DNA of 63,838 bases, counting the filler, from Octopus bimaculoides (Eukaryota): the NCBI RefSeq assembly GCF_001194135.2. It is 4 parts of 4 records of this genome, joined end to end, with 100 filler letters (N's around TTAATTAATTAA, not from the genome) between each part and the next. Parts side by side here need not be neighbours in the genome. Positions count along the whole stretch, not along the records: positions 11,795 to 42,349 come from NC_068997.1; 3 more parts are not named here. One strand, given 5' to 3'. The translations under genes were made by a program, and so were the position numbers. Of the stretch, positions 12,322-24,937 are shown one piece after another; the stretch's first letter is position 1, and each line of letters begins with the position of its first letter. The notes under the pieces are model-generated. The model was not told the DNA's origin. It worked only from the letters and a program-made list of their open reading frames with translations, and ran no database searches.

Positions 12322-13254
12322 ACATATATCTATAAAATTGTTTTTGTTTTTTTGGTCCAAAAGAGTAAAAATATAAAGAAATGAAGTTGAAGGTGCACTT
12401 GGTAGTCTTTAAGAAGATTTATTTATATGAACTGTACTCATTCCACAATTTCATGAAGTAGTTTGAGATGGACGGATGTAAAGCTATACTGTAATCATCT
12501 CAAATCTGACCAGAGTTTGAAAGTTCATTTCTTTTTATGGAGAGATTTTCATTTAAATTACCACCAAATTGCAATGTTGTTGTGGTGGACACCCCCATGT
12601 GAGAAGTGGACCGTTCCACTACTGATAAATAATGGACAGACACAGCAAGCAGTGTCAGTCAGCGAGGTACACTGTTCAGGATAGTCATGAAGACGATGAA
12701 GTTACATCGTCATAATGCAGGACATATCAGTAGCAACAAGGATACCTCCTACTGTATAATGGTGTCGATATATCAGTGGTGATGAGGAGTCAATCTGCAT
12801 GCAGTGGCACATAAGACACACAACACAGATGGACCATGTAAGAAGACACAACAACTACACACAGTGAAAAATTTGAAGAAGGATTTAAATCAGATCACGA
12901 TGTGTTAGCAATGCTACCAGTAAACAATGTAGACTGGTACTACCTGTGACATTCTGAAGAGAAAAATAATCTTGTCTGGAAGAAAAAATAATCATGATAA
13001 TAAGTCCGTGTGAAGGATTTAAATCAGGTTGCTATGTGTTGGTAGTGCCTCCAGTAAACAATACATCATTTGTACTTTGTTCAGTGTTTGGTGTAGGAAA
13101 GACATCTGGATGTAGGAGCCTTACCAAATTGGTACATACAAGTGTAGCATGGTTGTCTGACAAATGTTGGAAGGTAGTAACTCTAAATAACAGCTTGCTT
13201 CGGCCGTGGTGATCCTTCCAACCTATGCTGGTTTGGTGCAGAGTGAACAGTATG

Positions 13255-13500
13255 ATCACAGAGTATTGAAAGCACAAGTTCCGCTGGGCTGGATGGGTCA
13301 CAAGGTTCGCAGACAACAGGTGGACCCATGGCAGTTGCTAAGTGGTATCCAAAAGATTGGAAAAGGCCACTTGGAAGGCCTCCATGATGATGAGAAGTTG
13401 ATTCAGTCAAGCAATTTGGGAAAAGAATGGCACAATCAAGACAGAATTGTAAGTGCACTGTGACCAGCGGTGTATAACATCTGATGGTCTGGTCTATATT
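13255..13500 (+). mobile_element. RTE LINE ORF2 3'-end remnant
   Basis: KHKFRWAGWVTRFADNRWTH-like frame; homologous to 23610-23875. Confidence 0.65.
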
Positions 13501-13511
13501 ATGATATATAT

Positions 13512-13882
13512 ATGGCTGTTTGGTAAGAAGCTTGCTTCCCAACCACATAGTTCCGAGTTCAGTCCCACTACGTGGCACTTTGGACAAGTATAGCCTCGGG
13601 CTGACCAAAGCCTTGTGAGTGGATTTGGTCGATGAAAACTTAAAGAAGCCTGTCATATATATATGTGTGCTTGTATATTTGTGTGTATTTGTCTGTGTTT
13701 GTCCCCCCACCACCATTATCATCACTTGACAACCGTTGGTGTGTTTACATCCCTACAACTTAGCAGTCCAGCAAAAGAAATTGATAGAATAAGTACTTGG
13801 CTTACAAAGAATAAGTCTTGGGGTTGTTTTGTTCAACTAAAGGAGGTGCTCCAGCATGGCCACAGTCAAATGACTGAAACAC
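13512..13882 (+). mobile_element. SINE family 1, full copy, CpG-decayed
   Basis: Same head and tail as 1751-2105, with CG to TG/CA changes. Confidence 0.85.
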
Positions 13883-15046
13883 ATAGAAGAGTGTGTGTGT
13901 GTGTGTGTGTGTGATGTTTAAAATATTTCACGCAAGTCAGGTAACATGGAAAAATAAAAAGAAGAAAATGCATTTTTCCTTTCATTTTACAGTGAATTCA
14001 TTCCAAAGTTTATAATTACAGCCAAATAATTTCAAAATAAAATATGCATTGAAAAATAGCTTATCACAATCAAATTATTTCAAAAGACATTATTCTTAAA
14101 TATATTATATATATCCAAAAGGCATTACTACAATTAAATCATTTCACAAGGCTTTAGTTGACCCAAAGCCATGATGGAAGACATTGCTTAAAATGCTGCG
14201 CCAAACCCATTTTGTTGCGAAACCAGCTTCTTAACCACACGACCATGCCACCTACAACTTGAAAGTTTGGAAAAAGTTTCCTAATCATGTTTGGTCAAGA
14301 AGCAGCAGGTGCCCTGCTGTTATTTAGACCAGTGGAAATATCTTTGATTCCATGGATTGGATTGATTTCTATTCTTTAACTGTACTTTTGAAGTTTTTTG
14401 AATCTCTTTGATCCATTTTCTCTCCGGTGTGATTTTTATAGCTACCCTCTATCTCTTAACAGGTTCCCTCCACTTTCAAACCCATATACTGACATGTCTG
14501 TGGAAGTCTTGGATTGTTTCTGTCATAGAATGACATTTTTCTTTGTTTGTTGTTGTTGTTGTTGTTATATTTACTGTTCTCTTTCATCACGATACACACT
14601 GAACAGTGTAAAAGCAATTGCTCAGGACATGTGCATTCATGATGATGATGATGATGATATCTTTATTATCATAATAGTCACCATTTTTGTCCTTTTGTCC
14701 TTGGTATTTTTTCATTTATAATGGTGGAGATGATGATGATGATGATGATGGTTGGAGTTGGTGGTGGTGTTGGTGGTAGTAATGATGACTGCCATCATCA
14801 TCATCATCCTGAATTCTGTTATTTTTCTTCCTCACATTTCCCCCCTTGTAGAATGGCCAGTTTATAGGTGAAGTTATTGATTACATATAAATCAGTGAAA
14901 TTGGTAAAACCAAACCAACATTTTTACTCTTCATTTACATATTCATTTCTGGTTTTATAACTCCAGCTTTTACTTTTTCTTTCTCTCCTTCTTTCACTTC
15001 AGTTTTCCAATTCTCCTCTTGCTCTTCTACTTTGTTCTTCTCATTT

Positions 15047-15085
<39 letters not shown>

Positions 15086-16304
15086 ATTATTATTATTATT
15101 ATGTCACAATCCCCTCTTCTGGTGCTGCTGACACAGTATTTGGCTGTCTTGAAAATAAGCAAGTCATGGTCTATTAATATCTCCCTCCGGATGATGTTAG
15201 CAATCCATGACTGTTCACTCTTTCTTTCTTCCTCTGACCCCAATTCCTCCCCCCCCCCACTCATTGACATCCGTTTTATTGCCAGAGCCATTGCCCCCTC
15301 TTAATGGATGCAAATATGATTTCATATTCTCCCAAATATTTAAAATTTTTTCCCTTGGAAATCTCCACCCACCCTACCACCACCACCACCACCACCAAAT
15401 GTGCTGTTGTTGTTGTTTAGCCCCAAGTCAAACCACAGTAAGCAGGCCTATAATCAAAGACATTCAAGGCAGGATCATCTGGTCTCCAGAGACGCCTTCA
15501 GTATTACACTTCCTTATTATACAAGGTGATAGATTATGATTTGAGGGAGAATTGACTGCTTTTTCTAGCAATTTGAATGGTCATTTAGAGGTTCCTTTGT
15601 TAGTTTGTGTGGATATGTTATTTTAAGATGTTTTGTGGGATACAGAAGATTTTGTTTTTCTTTGTTTTATTACCAGATCTTTTTTTCAATTAATTAATTA
15701 ACAAACTAATGAGTCAAATGAGCTTGAATTAAAAGGATTCTGTACTATATTTGAATTAGTGCCTTTCAATATCCTTAGCACAACATTAATGTAAACCTGT
15801 AGCCCCTCATACTACAGGTTTTAATTACTCAGAAATTAATTTTGTTCATTTGTATGAAGCTATTATTTAAATATATGATCATAATTAGACACTCTAGAAC
15901 AATTAATTGACTCTTGGAAGGCCTGAGTCTGTGACTCAGTTTTGATCACTACTCAATATTGCCTCATTTCATTTACATCATTATTGTCCTTATGAAAGAG
16001 AATTAGCCATTCGCTCACTCTCCTCTCAAGAGTGCTGAAGGTTTTCAGAGATGAATCCCCTCATCAGACAAGTGTTGTTTTGGCCCTTAACTTCTTACGC
16101 CTTAAAGAGGCCAGGCTGCATCCAGGTCATAGCTCCTGGGAGATGCTTCTGCTGACACTTTTTAGCCAATTAGATATTGAGGAGTTGTGCATTTAAACTG
16201 CTTCACCTAATTGGAACCCCTCTTTGTTGACTTTCACTTTCAAAACTATCAGGTCTTTTTACCATGTCTAAATAAAAGAAAGACTTCACCTGAAACATCA
16301 AAAC

Positions 16305-16551
16305 TTTCTTCATTATTTACATTTGATGGATATTTGTCCTCATCTTGTTTGTTGTTAACACAGCGTTTCGGCTGATATACCCTCCAGCCTTCATCAGGTG
16401 TCTTGGGGAAATTTGGAACCTGGGTTCTCATTCCTAAGGTATTTTTAAATGTTATTATCATTATTGTTATTATCATTCAAGTCACTGCCTGGAATTGAAC
16501 TCGGAATCATGGGGTTAGTAGCCCACGCTCTTAACCACTAAGCCATATGCC
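16305..16551 (-). mobile_element. tRNA-headed SINE-like element with hammerhead motif (full head)
   Basis: A box tggcttagtgg, B box gagttcaattcc and an anticodon-like stem-loop, followed by (AAT)n, body, hammerhead core and tail. Confidence 0.85.
16357..16402 (-). ncRNA. Minimal type I hammerhead ribozyme motif (U16.1 to C variant, likely impaired)
   Basis: GACAC-CUGAUGA-A-GGCUG[GAGGGUAUAU]CAGCC-GAAAC-GCU-GUGUU: stem I GACAC/GUGUU and a 5-bp stem II. Confidence 0.65.
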
Positions 16552-16815
16552 CATGGTTAAGAGCGCTGGCTACTAACCTAAAGATTCCGAGTTCGATTCC
16601 AGGCAGCGACCTAAATAATAATAATAATAATAATAATAACATTGAAAAATACCTTAGGAATGAGAACCCAGAGTCGAAATTTCCCCAAGACACCTGATGA
16701 AGGCTGGAGGGTATATCAGCTGAAACATTGTGTTAACAACAAACAAGATGAGGACAAATATCCATCAAATGTAAATAATGTACATAATTCCTCATCTCTT
16801 AAATATAGAACTGTA
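16552..16815 (+). mobile_element. Second copy of the hammerhead SINE, fused head-to-head with 16305-16551
   Basis: ggttaagagcgctggctactaacc...gagttcgattcc, (AAT)n, gacacctgatgaaggctggagggtatatcagctgaaacattgtgtt, then tail. An isolated tail fragment also lies at 23058-23133. Confidence 0.85.
16689..16734 (+). ncRNA. Minimal type I hammerhead motif, CpG-decayed
   Basis: GACAC-CUGAUGA-A-GGCUG...CAGCU-GAAAC-AUU-GUGUU; both CG dinucleotides of the other copies are TG/CA here. Confidence 0.6.
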
Positions 16816-18192
16816 GAACTTTCTTCATGCTACACAAACTGAAATACTGACTTCCTTTCTCCTCTTCATTTCTATTTATTATTGAATTTTCCTCTTTTCC
16901 CCCTTCTTCTTCGGTTTAGACTATCTCTGGTCAGTTTCCAATTTTATCTTTTTTGTCTTTCTCCATTTTATACCAAGTCTTTCTGATCAGGCTCCATTGG
17001 TCATTTCACTCCACCAAGACTTGCAAGTTTGGTTCTAGATCAGAATGTTCAAGTTAGAAGCTAAACCTCTGTGAAACATCTACACCACCACCACCACCAC
17101 CACCACCACCATAGCTACAACTGCCTTTACAATAATTGATCACATGTTTAAAGTCTTAGCTCAGCTTATCTTACACTAAATGGCAACAAAGAAAAAAAAA
17201 AAAACAAGGCTTTATTTAGTCAGCTTCCTCTTCTGTGTCATTAATGGCAAATGTATTTTTAAGCTGGCATATCAAATGTTAATCTCTTCAATAATCCTGT
17301 TATTGTAGTGTTACATAAAAGCATTCATGTATTTTAAAATGCTGAAAGATAAGCGTTTTATATAATGATATTTCAGGAAGTTTTGTTTTTGTGAATTGCT
17401 TTGCAAAGTCCATCATGTGTCACGTAAAAACTTGTGATATGTTCCTGCTGACATGCAGTGACACAGCATAGGTTCACCATTGCTCATCATTGTCAAGGTC
17501 TGTTCAAGTGGAGCCAGCCATCATCATCATTTACACATCCATCTTCCATGCTGGCATGGGTCGGACGATTTGGCTGGAGCTGGCAATCCAAAGAACTGCA
17601 CCAGGTTCTGTCTGTATTAACATGTATTTTATGGCTGGATGCCCTTCCTAATGTTAACCACTTCACCAGCGCAGACTGGATGAGTTTTACATGGCACCAA
17701 CACTGGCAGGGTCAACAATGCAAGACAAAGATCCTGGGGGTGGGGTATTGAAGGAGGTGGCCTTGTGTCTAGTGATGAGAGGCTGGAGTATGGCAGAGGG
17801 AGAGAAACAGGTGTCTTGCTGTGGAGGAGATACATGGTTACCCCAGGCAGATGGAGAAAGTGGGAGAGGGAGAGAGTGATCAAGAATGAGTGAGAGAGTG
17901 AGAGGGTGCAAGCTGGGGCAAAGGTGAGAGACGATGGTGATGTGGCAGGGCATACTCTCAAGGGACAGGATGAGAATATAAATGAGGGATGTATGTGTGT
18001 GTGTGTGTGTATATATATATATGCGTATATATATATATGTGGCTTGTGTGTTTTCTGTACTCTGGTTATTATTATTTTCTTGTCTACGTTTTGTTTGCAA
18101 TGTCCTGTACCCAGATATGCACCTATATATACAGGTAGACGTAGGTATGCACATACCTGTACGTATATATGCATATACTCATTTATTATTTG

Positions 18193-18225
<33 letters not shown>

Positions 18226-19033
18226 NNNNNNNNNNNNNNNNNNNNNNNNNNNNNNNNNNNNNNNNNNNNNNNNNNNNNNNNNNNNNNNNNNNNNNNNNNN
18301 NNNNNNNNNNNNNNNNNNNNNNNNNNNNNNNNNNNNNNNNNNNNNNNNNNNNNNNNNNNNNNNNNNNNNNNNNNNNNNNNNNNNNNNNNNNNNNNNNNNN
18401 NNNNNNNNNNNNNNNNNNNNNNNNNNNNNNNNNNNNNNNNNNNNNNNNNNNNNNNNNNNNNNNNNNNNNNNNNNNNNNNNNNNNNNNNNNNNNNNNNNNN
18501 NNNNNNNNNNNNNNNNNNNNNNNNNNNNNNNNNNNNNNNNNNNNNNNNNNNNNNNNNNNNNNNNNNNNNNNNNNNNNNNNNNNNNNNNNNNNNNNNNNNN
18601 NNNNNNNNNNNNNNNNNNNNNNNNNNNNNNNNNNNNNNNNNNNNNNNNNNNNNNNNNNNNNNNNNNNNNNNNNNNNNNNNNNNNNNNNNNNNNNNNNNNN
18701 NNNNNNNNNNNNNNNNNNNNNNNNNNNNNNNNNNNNNNNNNNNNNNNNNNNNNNNNNNNNNNNNNNNNNNNNNNNNNNNNNNNNNNNNNNNNNNNNNNNN
18801 NNNNNNNNNNNNNNNNNNNNNNNNNNNNNNNNNNNNNNNNNNNNNNNNNNNNNNNNNNNNNNNNNNNNTATATATATATGTGGCTTGTGTGTTTTCTGTA
18901 CTCTGGTTATTATTATTTTCTTGTCTACGTTTTGTTTGCAATGTCCTGTACCCAGATATGCACCTATATATACAGGTAGACGTAGGTATGCACATACCTG
19001 TACGTATATATGCATATACTCATTTATTATTTG

Positions 19034-19076
<43 letters not shown>

Positions 19077-19189
19077 AGATATATAGGTTATGAGCGATAG
19101 TGGTGTCAATTAGTCATTGGCTACACCATTCCAGATGTCCAAGACAAATCAAAAATGGAAACAACTTTCATATTTCTTGGTCCTATGCT

Positions 19190-19390
19190 GGTCAGCTGGT
19201 AGAGCCATTACTGGGCAAAATGCTTAGTGGCATTTCGTCTCATTTTACATTCTGAGTTCAAATTCCCCCAAGGTTGACTCTGCCTGTCATCCTTTCAGGG
19301 ATGATAAAATAAATACCAGTCATATACTGGAGTTGATATAATTTACCACCCCCCACCTAAAATTACTGGCCTTGTGCCAAAATTTAGAGC
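19190..19390 (+). mobile_element. SINE family 2 copy
   Basis: ttctgagttcaaattcc...gttgactctgcctgtcatcctttcagggatgataaaataaataccag. Other copies at 20065-20270(-), 21055-21265(+), 28340-28530(-), 33740-33940(-), 43700-43850(-) and 54110-54292(+). Confidence 0.8.
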
Positions 19391-19843
19391 CAATGTTTTT
19401 TTGCTCCTAAAAAAATGAAATGGAAGTACTTCTCAGGTGATGTTAGTTGTTATTTTTGTCAGTATAAGATGCCAGTTCGTTAATGGGAGAGGTTTGGGTT
19501 TCTTTCTTTTGTCTTTCAGCATCTTATTCCAAAGACTGTTTCCAAACACTTATCACTTTTTATTTATTTCTCTCTCTGAATCCATTAAATACACATTCCA
19601 TACAATCTTTACATACCAATCAAATAAACAATTCTAACTGAATTCAAATTGTCTAAAAAATTTTATTATATCTTATCTGTGTTGAATGTGTTTATAAATT
19701 GACTTTTATTGAAATTAAATAAAAAATATTTTAAGATAATGAAGAAAGGAAAAAGAACAACTAGCATTTTTTTCTCAAGGAAATTGCTCAACGCTTAATA
19801 TATTTTTCTGTAAACATATTTTCTCTCTCTCTCAGTTTCAGAA

Positions 19844-19874
<31 letters not shown>

Positions 19875-20272
19875 TTCCTCAAGTATGTGACTGTGTGTGT
19901 GTTTTTGTGGAAGGTGAGTTGTATGTAAATGTCTGCAGGGCAGTGTTTATGTTCCACTTTAAATTAAATTCAGTTTTAACATCAATGTCTTAAAGTACAA
20001 TATAAAAATGTGCTAACATTCTCTATATTTACTTTAAATTTAAAATAATAATAATAATCCTTTATATTATAGGCACAAGGCCTGAAGTTTGGGGGAAGGG
20101 GGACAGTCGATTAGACTGACTCCAGTATGCAACTGGTACTTAATTTATCAACCCCGAAAGGATGAAAGGCAAAGTTGACCTCAGCAGGATTTGAACTCAG
20201 AATGTAACGACAGATGAAATACCGCTAAGCATTTTGTCCAGTGTGCTAATGTTTCTGCCAGCTTGTCACCCT

Positions 20273-20335
20273 ATAATAATAATAATGATAATAATGATGA
20301 TAATGATAATGATAATGATAATAATGATAATAATG

Positions 20336-20370
<35 letters not shown>

Positions 20371-20419
20371 AATGATGATAATGATAATGATAATAATGAT
20401 AATAATAATAATAACAATA

Positions 20420-20451
<32 letters not shown>

Positions 20452-20470
20452 GAGGATGATGATAAGAAGA
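20273..20470. repeat. (AAT/GAT)n compound microsatellite
   Basis: Direct inspection. Confidence 0.95.
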
Positions 20471-22028
20471 AGAAGAATATAATATCTGATGAAAATATTA
20501 AAAAAAAAAATTGGATGCTGACTAAAATAGCAATGTTTATATTGTCTCTGTTCTGTTGTTGTTATTGATATTGTTGTTGTGAGAGCATCATAGATGGATA
20601 ATGTCTTGTCTAGGAACTTACTGTTCTGAGATGAAATCTTGCTGCACTGACTTCATCCTCCATTCTTTTGGTGTCTGTTGTTATCAGGTGTCGTGATATC
20701 CTGAGAATAGTTTAATCAATTTGTTGCCTAATAAAAAAAAAAAAGGAAAAATGTAAAGTCCCTGATATCCCTGATACGTACCTGGACAAAGCAGTAACAA
20801 TGGATCGACAGAGTCAATAGAATATAGTTGAATATAATTCCTTTTGATATTTAGTTACATTCCTTTACATTCCGAGTTCAAGTCCTGCTAGGGTTGACTT
20901 TATCATTCATCATTGTAGAGGCCAATGAAATAAGCATCATTCAAGTATTCGATGTAATCCAGTTGACTGAACCTCATGCTTCAAACTAAAAGCAAAGAGA
21001 AAGAAAATTGTGGCTTTGTTCTTGTATCATCATCATCATCATCATCATGGCAAGGTGGCAAGATGGCAGAATCACTAGCATGTTGGACAGAATATCCAGT
21101 GGCATTTCTTCTGGCTCTTTACATTCTGAGTTTGAATCCTGTTGAGGTCAACTTTATCTTTTGTCTTTTCGGGGTTGATAAAATAAAGTACCAGTCAAAT
21201 ATTGGGGTCAAGATAATTAACTTGCCTCTTCTCCCTAAAAATTGCTGGCCTTGTGCCAAAATTTGGAGTAAGGTGTTGTGATGCAGTAGAGTGTTTCCAT
21301 ATGCTATATCTACATTCCAGTTTTAATCCCTAGTCACACCTACTTACTACTCAAAGTTGGAACAGTCACGGATGGAATGACTTTGATAATAAGTCTGCTT
21401 GGTCATGGTTTATTTAGGATTAAGCAACAACAATACCATGTAATTGTTATTTTTTTTTTCTTGAAATCCTTTTATGGCTATATTTCTGATATGGGTTTGA
21501 TTATTTACAAATATTGATCAAAGCAATTTAGAATTAACAAGAGCATTCAGACAGTACAAACCTTCACCAAAGCAACACCAATGTCCTCTCACCAATTAGC
21601 CAGAGAAGATTTTTAAAATGAGAATATCTGAAATAAACTCTACTACTCTCACAAATGAAAATACTAAAAACGAACCCGACTGTTCTCAAAAATTAATTAA
21701 AAAAACTGGAAAAATAATTCAGAATCCTTGTCCGGTACCGGATTGATCCCAAAGTCTAATTAGTTTGTGCCAGTCACGAGGCCAAACATACCTGAAAGTT
21801 TCATCTGAATTCATCCAGCAGTTCTTGAGATATCTTGTCCATGGACAAACGAACAAGCAAACATGACTGTAAACAGTATCTCTGTCTTCGCTAAAACAGA
21901 CGTAAACATCCAATCCCAGAAAAAGAGTCAAACTCTTGACTCTCGTCCCAGTAGTTCAATAATACCTAACCTGCCTGGCCATTGTCTTGACTCAGCCAAT
22001 AATCTTTAATTCTGCTGTTTTATTCCAG

Positions 22029-22140
22029 GAAATGCCAATCAGGGAAGGTAGGTTACGAAAACCAAACACTATTTTGCAGAGGAGAATGTGACAAAAAAAC
22101 AATCTGTGGTGACATCACCATACCTGAGGAACACCTGGAG
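22029..22140 (+). CDS. LMLN: Leishmanolysin-like peptidase (invadolysin), internal coding exon A: (R)KCQSGKVGYENQTLFCRGECDKKTICGDITIPEEHLE
   Basis: Acceptor tttattccag|G and donor GAG|gtaata. The open frame matches the invadolysin C..C...T.CG.+.+PEEHL motif. It ends in phase 0, compatible with the exon at 24771. Confidence 0.9.
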
Positions 22141-22453
22141 GTAATAATCACTGCTTTACTTTATACTTGCTCTACCTTACACTTTGTGAGAATAAAAGGA
22201 ATTTTATTTATTCATTTTTTTTTTTCCTTTTAATACTCTCTTCCTCTTTCTTCCTCTCTTTCATTCTCTCCTGTTGTATTAATTAATTAACTGATTGGCT
22301 TAGGTCTAAATCTCTCAGTGGTGGTTAATAAAATTTTTAACTTTCCAGACTATTAGCATCATCGTTAGATATGTTCATTCATAAGTGGCCTGAGATAAGA
22401 GCATTACTATCCTTAGTTTAGAGATAAAGGTTCCTGGTTCAAATCCAGCCTAG

Positions 22454-22495
<42 letters not shown>

Positions 22496-23532
22496 AGGAA
22501 TAAAACATCTGATGATAATTGGAGATCAGACCGGTCAGAGCACAGTCATCCTCTTCATTTGATGTCCACTTTTCTCTGCTTGCATGGTAGGACAAAGATT
22601 ATTGAGGCAAATTTTTCTATGGCTGGATGCCTTGTCTGTCACCAATCCTCACCTGTTTCCAAGGGAGGTAGCATTTACCCATGGCCAGACATGTTTTTAC
22701 TGAATATTGGAAATGAAAGACACTGTTTGTATGACAGTGATATTCATTTACAGCTATCACAATATACAAAGACAATGACACACACACACACACACACACA
22801 TGCATGCGCACACACACATACATATATGGTTGGCTTCTACACAGTTTCTATTTACCAGATCCACTCTCAAAGCTTTGGTCAACCTAGGACTGCAGTAAAA
22901 GATGCTTGCTCAAGGTGGTAAGCAGTGAGACTGAACCTGAAACTATGTGTTTGGGAAGCAACTGTCTTAACCACACTTGATGGGGATACTGGGGTCTGCT
23001 TAGGAGGTTGTTTTGTCCTAGCGTATGTGCTGCTGCTTTTAGTTTCTGTGGTGTTTTCGAACAAGATGAGGACAAATATCCATCAAATGTAAATAAGGTA
23101 CATAATTCCTCATCTCTTAAATATAGAACTGTAATAGGATTCTTTCAGTTTCCGTCTACCAAATCTACTCATAAGGCCTTGGTCAACCTGAGGCTATAGA
23201 GTTGCCACGCAGTGGGACTGAACCCAGAACCATATGGTTGGGAAGCAAGCTTCTTACCACTCAGCCATTCCTGTGCCTGCAACTTTAATCCGTCTCTCAA
23301 AACAAAGGGGGTTTAAGCGACTGATATGGTTTTAATCATTTTAAGGGGAACAAATCAACCACAGTACTTGTTTTTTCTCAAAGACTGGCACTTATTCTCT
23401 CAGACTCTTTTTCCAAAATGTTAAGTTATAGGGATGTAAACAAACCAGCATCAGCTGTTGAGCAACGGTTGGGAGGGGGGGACAGAGAAACATATGCATG
23501 CACACATTTGTACATGTATTATGTATTATGTA

Positions 23533-23573
<41 letters not shown>

Positions 23574-23609
23574 ATGCATTCATCCATGCATGTGTGTGTG
23601 TGTGTGTGA

Positions 23610-23875
23610 TCACAGAGTTTGAAAAGCACAAGTTTTACTGGGCTGAACATGTTAGAAGGTTCACAGACTACATGTGGACTTATGCAGTTACTGGATGGTA
23701 GCCAAGAGATCAGAAGAGGCCTCTTGGACAGCTTCCACGATGATGGGAAGACAGTCTAGTTCAGCAATTTGGGCCAAGCTGGAAAAAAATGGCACAATAA
23801 AAACAGAATTGGAAGTGCATTGGGATTAGCAATGTGTAACAGCATCTGATGGTCTTGTTGATACTGTGATATGTA
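23610..23875 (+). mobile_element. RTE LINE ORF2 3'-end remnant
   Basis: FEKHKFYWAEHVRRFTDYMWTYAVTGW*PRDQKRPLG resembles the RTE RWAGHV.R..D.RWT..V..W.PR..KRP.GRP motif. Confidence 0.7.
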
Positions 23876-24319
23876 TCAGGCTTCCATACAGTTTCCCTCC
23901 ACTCCATTCATTCACAAGGCATTGGTCATCCTGGGGCCACAGTTGAAGACACTTGCTCAAGGAGCTGTGCTGTGGAATTGAACCCCAAACCACATGGTTG
24001 CAGTGTGAAGATTGTTTCCTCTTTCCCTCTCACTTGTTTCAGAAGCCTCAGAAAGGATCATGGGTACAGGTGTTTTTTCATTTTACTTTCCACACATGAC
24101 TAAGAATTTTTTAAAAAATGTTTTTTTTTAAATAAGATCTTTTGGTAAAAAAAAAAATGCGGAGATAGAAGAATAGTTTAGAGTAGTGGCTTCTTGACTG
24201 GAGTCCATATGACCCCAGAGGGTCCATCTAAGATTTTGGGGATCCACTCAACAAAATAGTAAACTGGGGATCCATAATAGTGTTTTGGGGCACCTTGAAA
24301 AAAATTTGCTGTAGATGTT

Positions 24320-24460
24320 AGAAAGGGCATCCAGCTGTAGAAACTTTGCCAGATCAGATTGGAGCCTGGTGCAGCCTTCTGGCTTGCCAGTCCTCAGTCA
24401 AACCGTCCAACCCATGCCAGCATGGAAAGCAGATGTTAAGCAATGATGATGATGATGATG
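24320..24460 (+). mobile_element. SINE/RTE-tail family 3 ending in (ATG)n
   Basis: ggcatccagctgtagaaac...aacccatgccagcatggaaagcagatgttaa-(gat)n. Other copies at 17515-17720(-), 30370-30590(+), 31595-31830(-), 32400-32580(+), 35420-35750(-) and 36485-36680(+). Confidence 0.8.
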
Positions 24461-24770
24461 TATGTATTGGTAAATATTGCAAGAAACAGCTAGGTGTCTT
24501 TCTCCTACATTTTACAAAATTCAGCCTAAACAAATTAATGTGTGAAAGACAACATAGGAATTTGGAAAGAAGTTTCTATAAAACTAGTTTCTAAACATTG
24601 ATTGGCTTTGGCGGTCAACCAGAAGAAAATAGTAATCAAAGGGGTCTGTAGACAGAGAAATGGTTGAGAAGCCCTGGTTGAAAGACTTCTTGGTAGGGTC
24701 TCATCTGATTTTAGGATGTATTTGTTTTAAATATTATACAATGTCTTCGATGAAATGTTTTTGTTTGCAG

Positions 24771-24937
24771 ACATGTTTTTGTGTTGATTGTGATGAAAGC
24801 AGCAAAGGTAGAAGAGGTCCTGGGGTCAGCAATGCTGACTTCATCCTTTACGTAGCTACTCTCTCTTCAGAACGTTGTCGCCATGGGAACACAGTTGCCT
24901 ATGCAGCTTACTGCCAACAAGAAAGAGCTCTAGACAG
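24771..24937 (+). CDS. LMLN: LMLN internal exon B: [55 protein letters not shown](R)
   Basis: Acceptor ttgtttgcag|ACA and donor GACAG|gtaagg. Contains the G+S.ADF+LYV...ERC...+AYAAYCQQE..+DR motif of metazoan M8 peptidases. Phase 0 in, phase 2 out. Confidence 0.95.

Noticed and set aside
16030-16075. Minus-strand CUGAUGA-GGGGA[UUCA]UCUCU-GAAA hammerhead-like half
   Set aside because: No acceptable stem I/III with an NUH triplet can be built in type I or type III topology.
16552-16612. tRNA gene with an ACT anticodon-like loop
   Set aside because: It lacks a pairing acceptor stem, is attached to a repeated SINE body, and is better explained as a SINE head.
18030-19066. ~195-bp direct repeat on both sides of a 644-N gap
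   Set aside because: Identical copies flanking a gap are most simply an unmerged contig overlap.
20622-20700. Minus-strand exon-like segment ISRHLITTDTKRMEDEVSAARFHLRT with good AG/GT sites
   Set aside because: No recognisable family, its only phase-compatible partner was rejected as TE, and RMEDE resembles LINE ORF2 text. Unsupported without RNA data.
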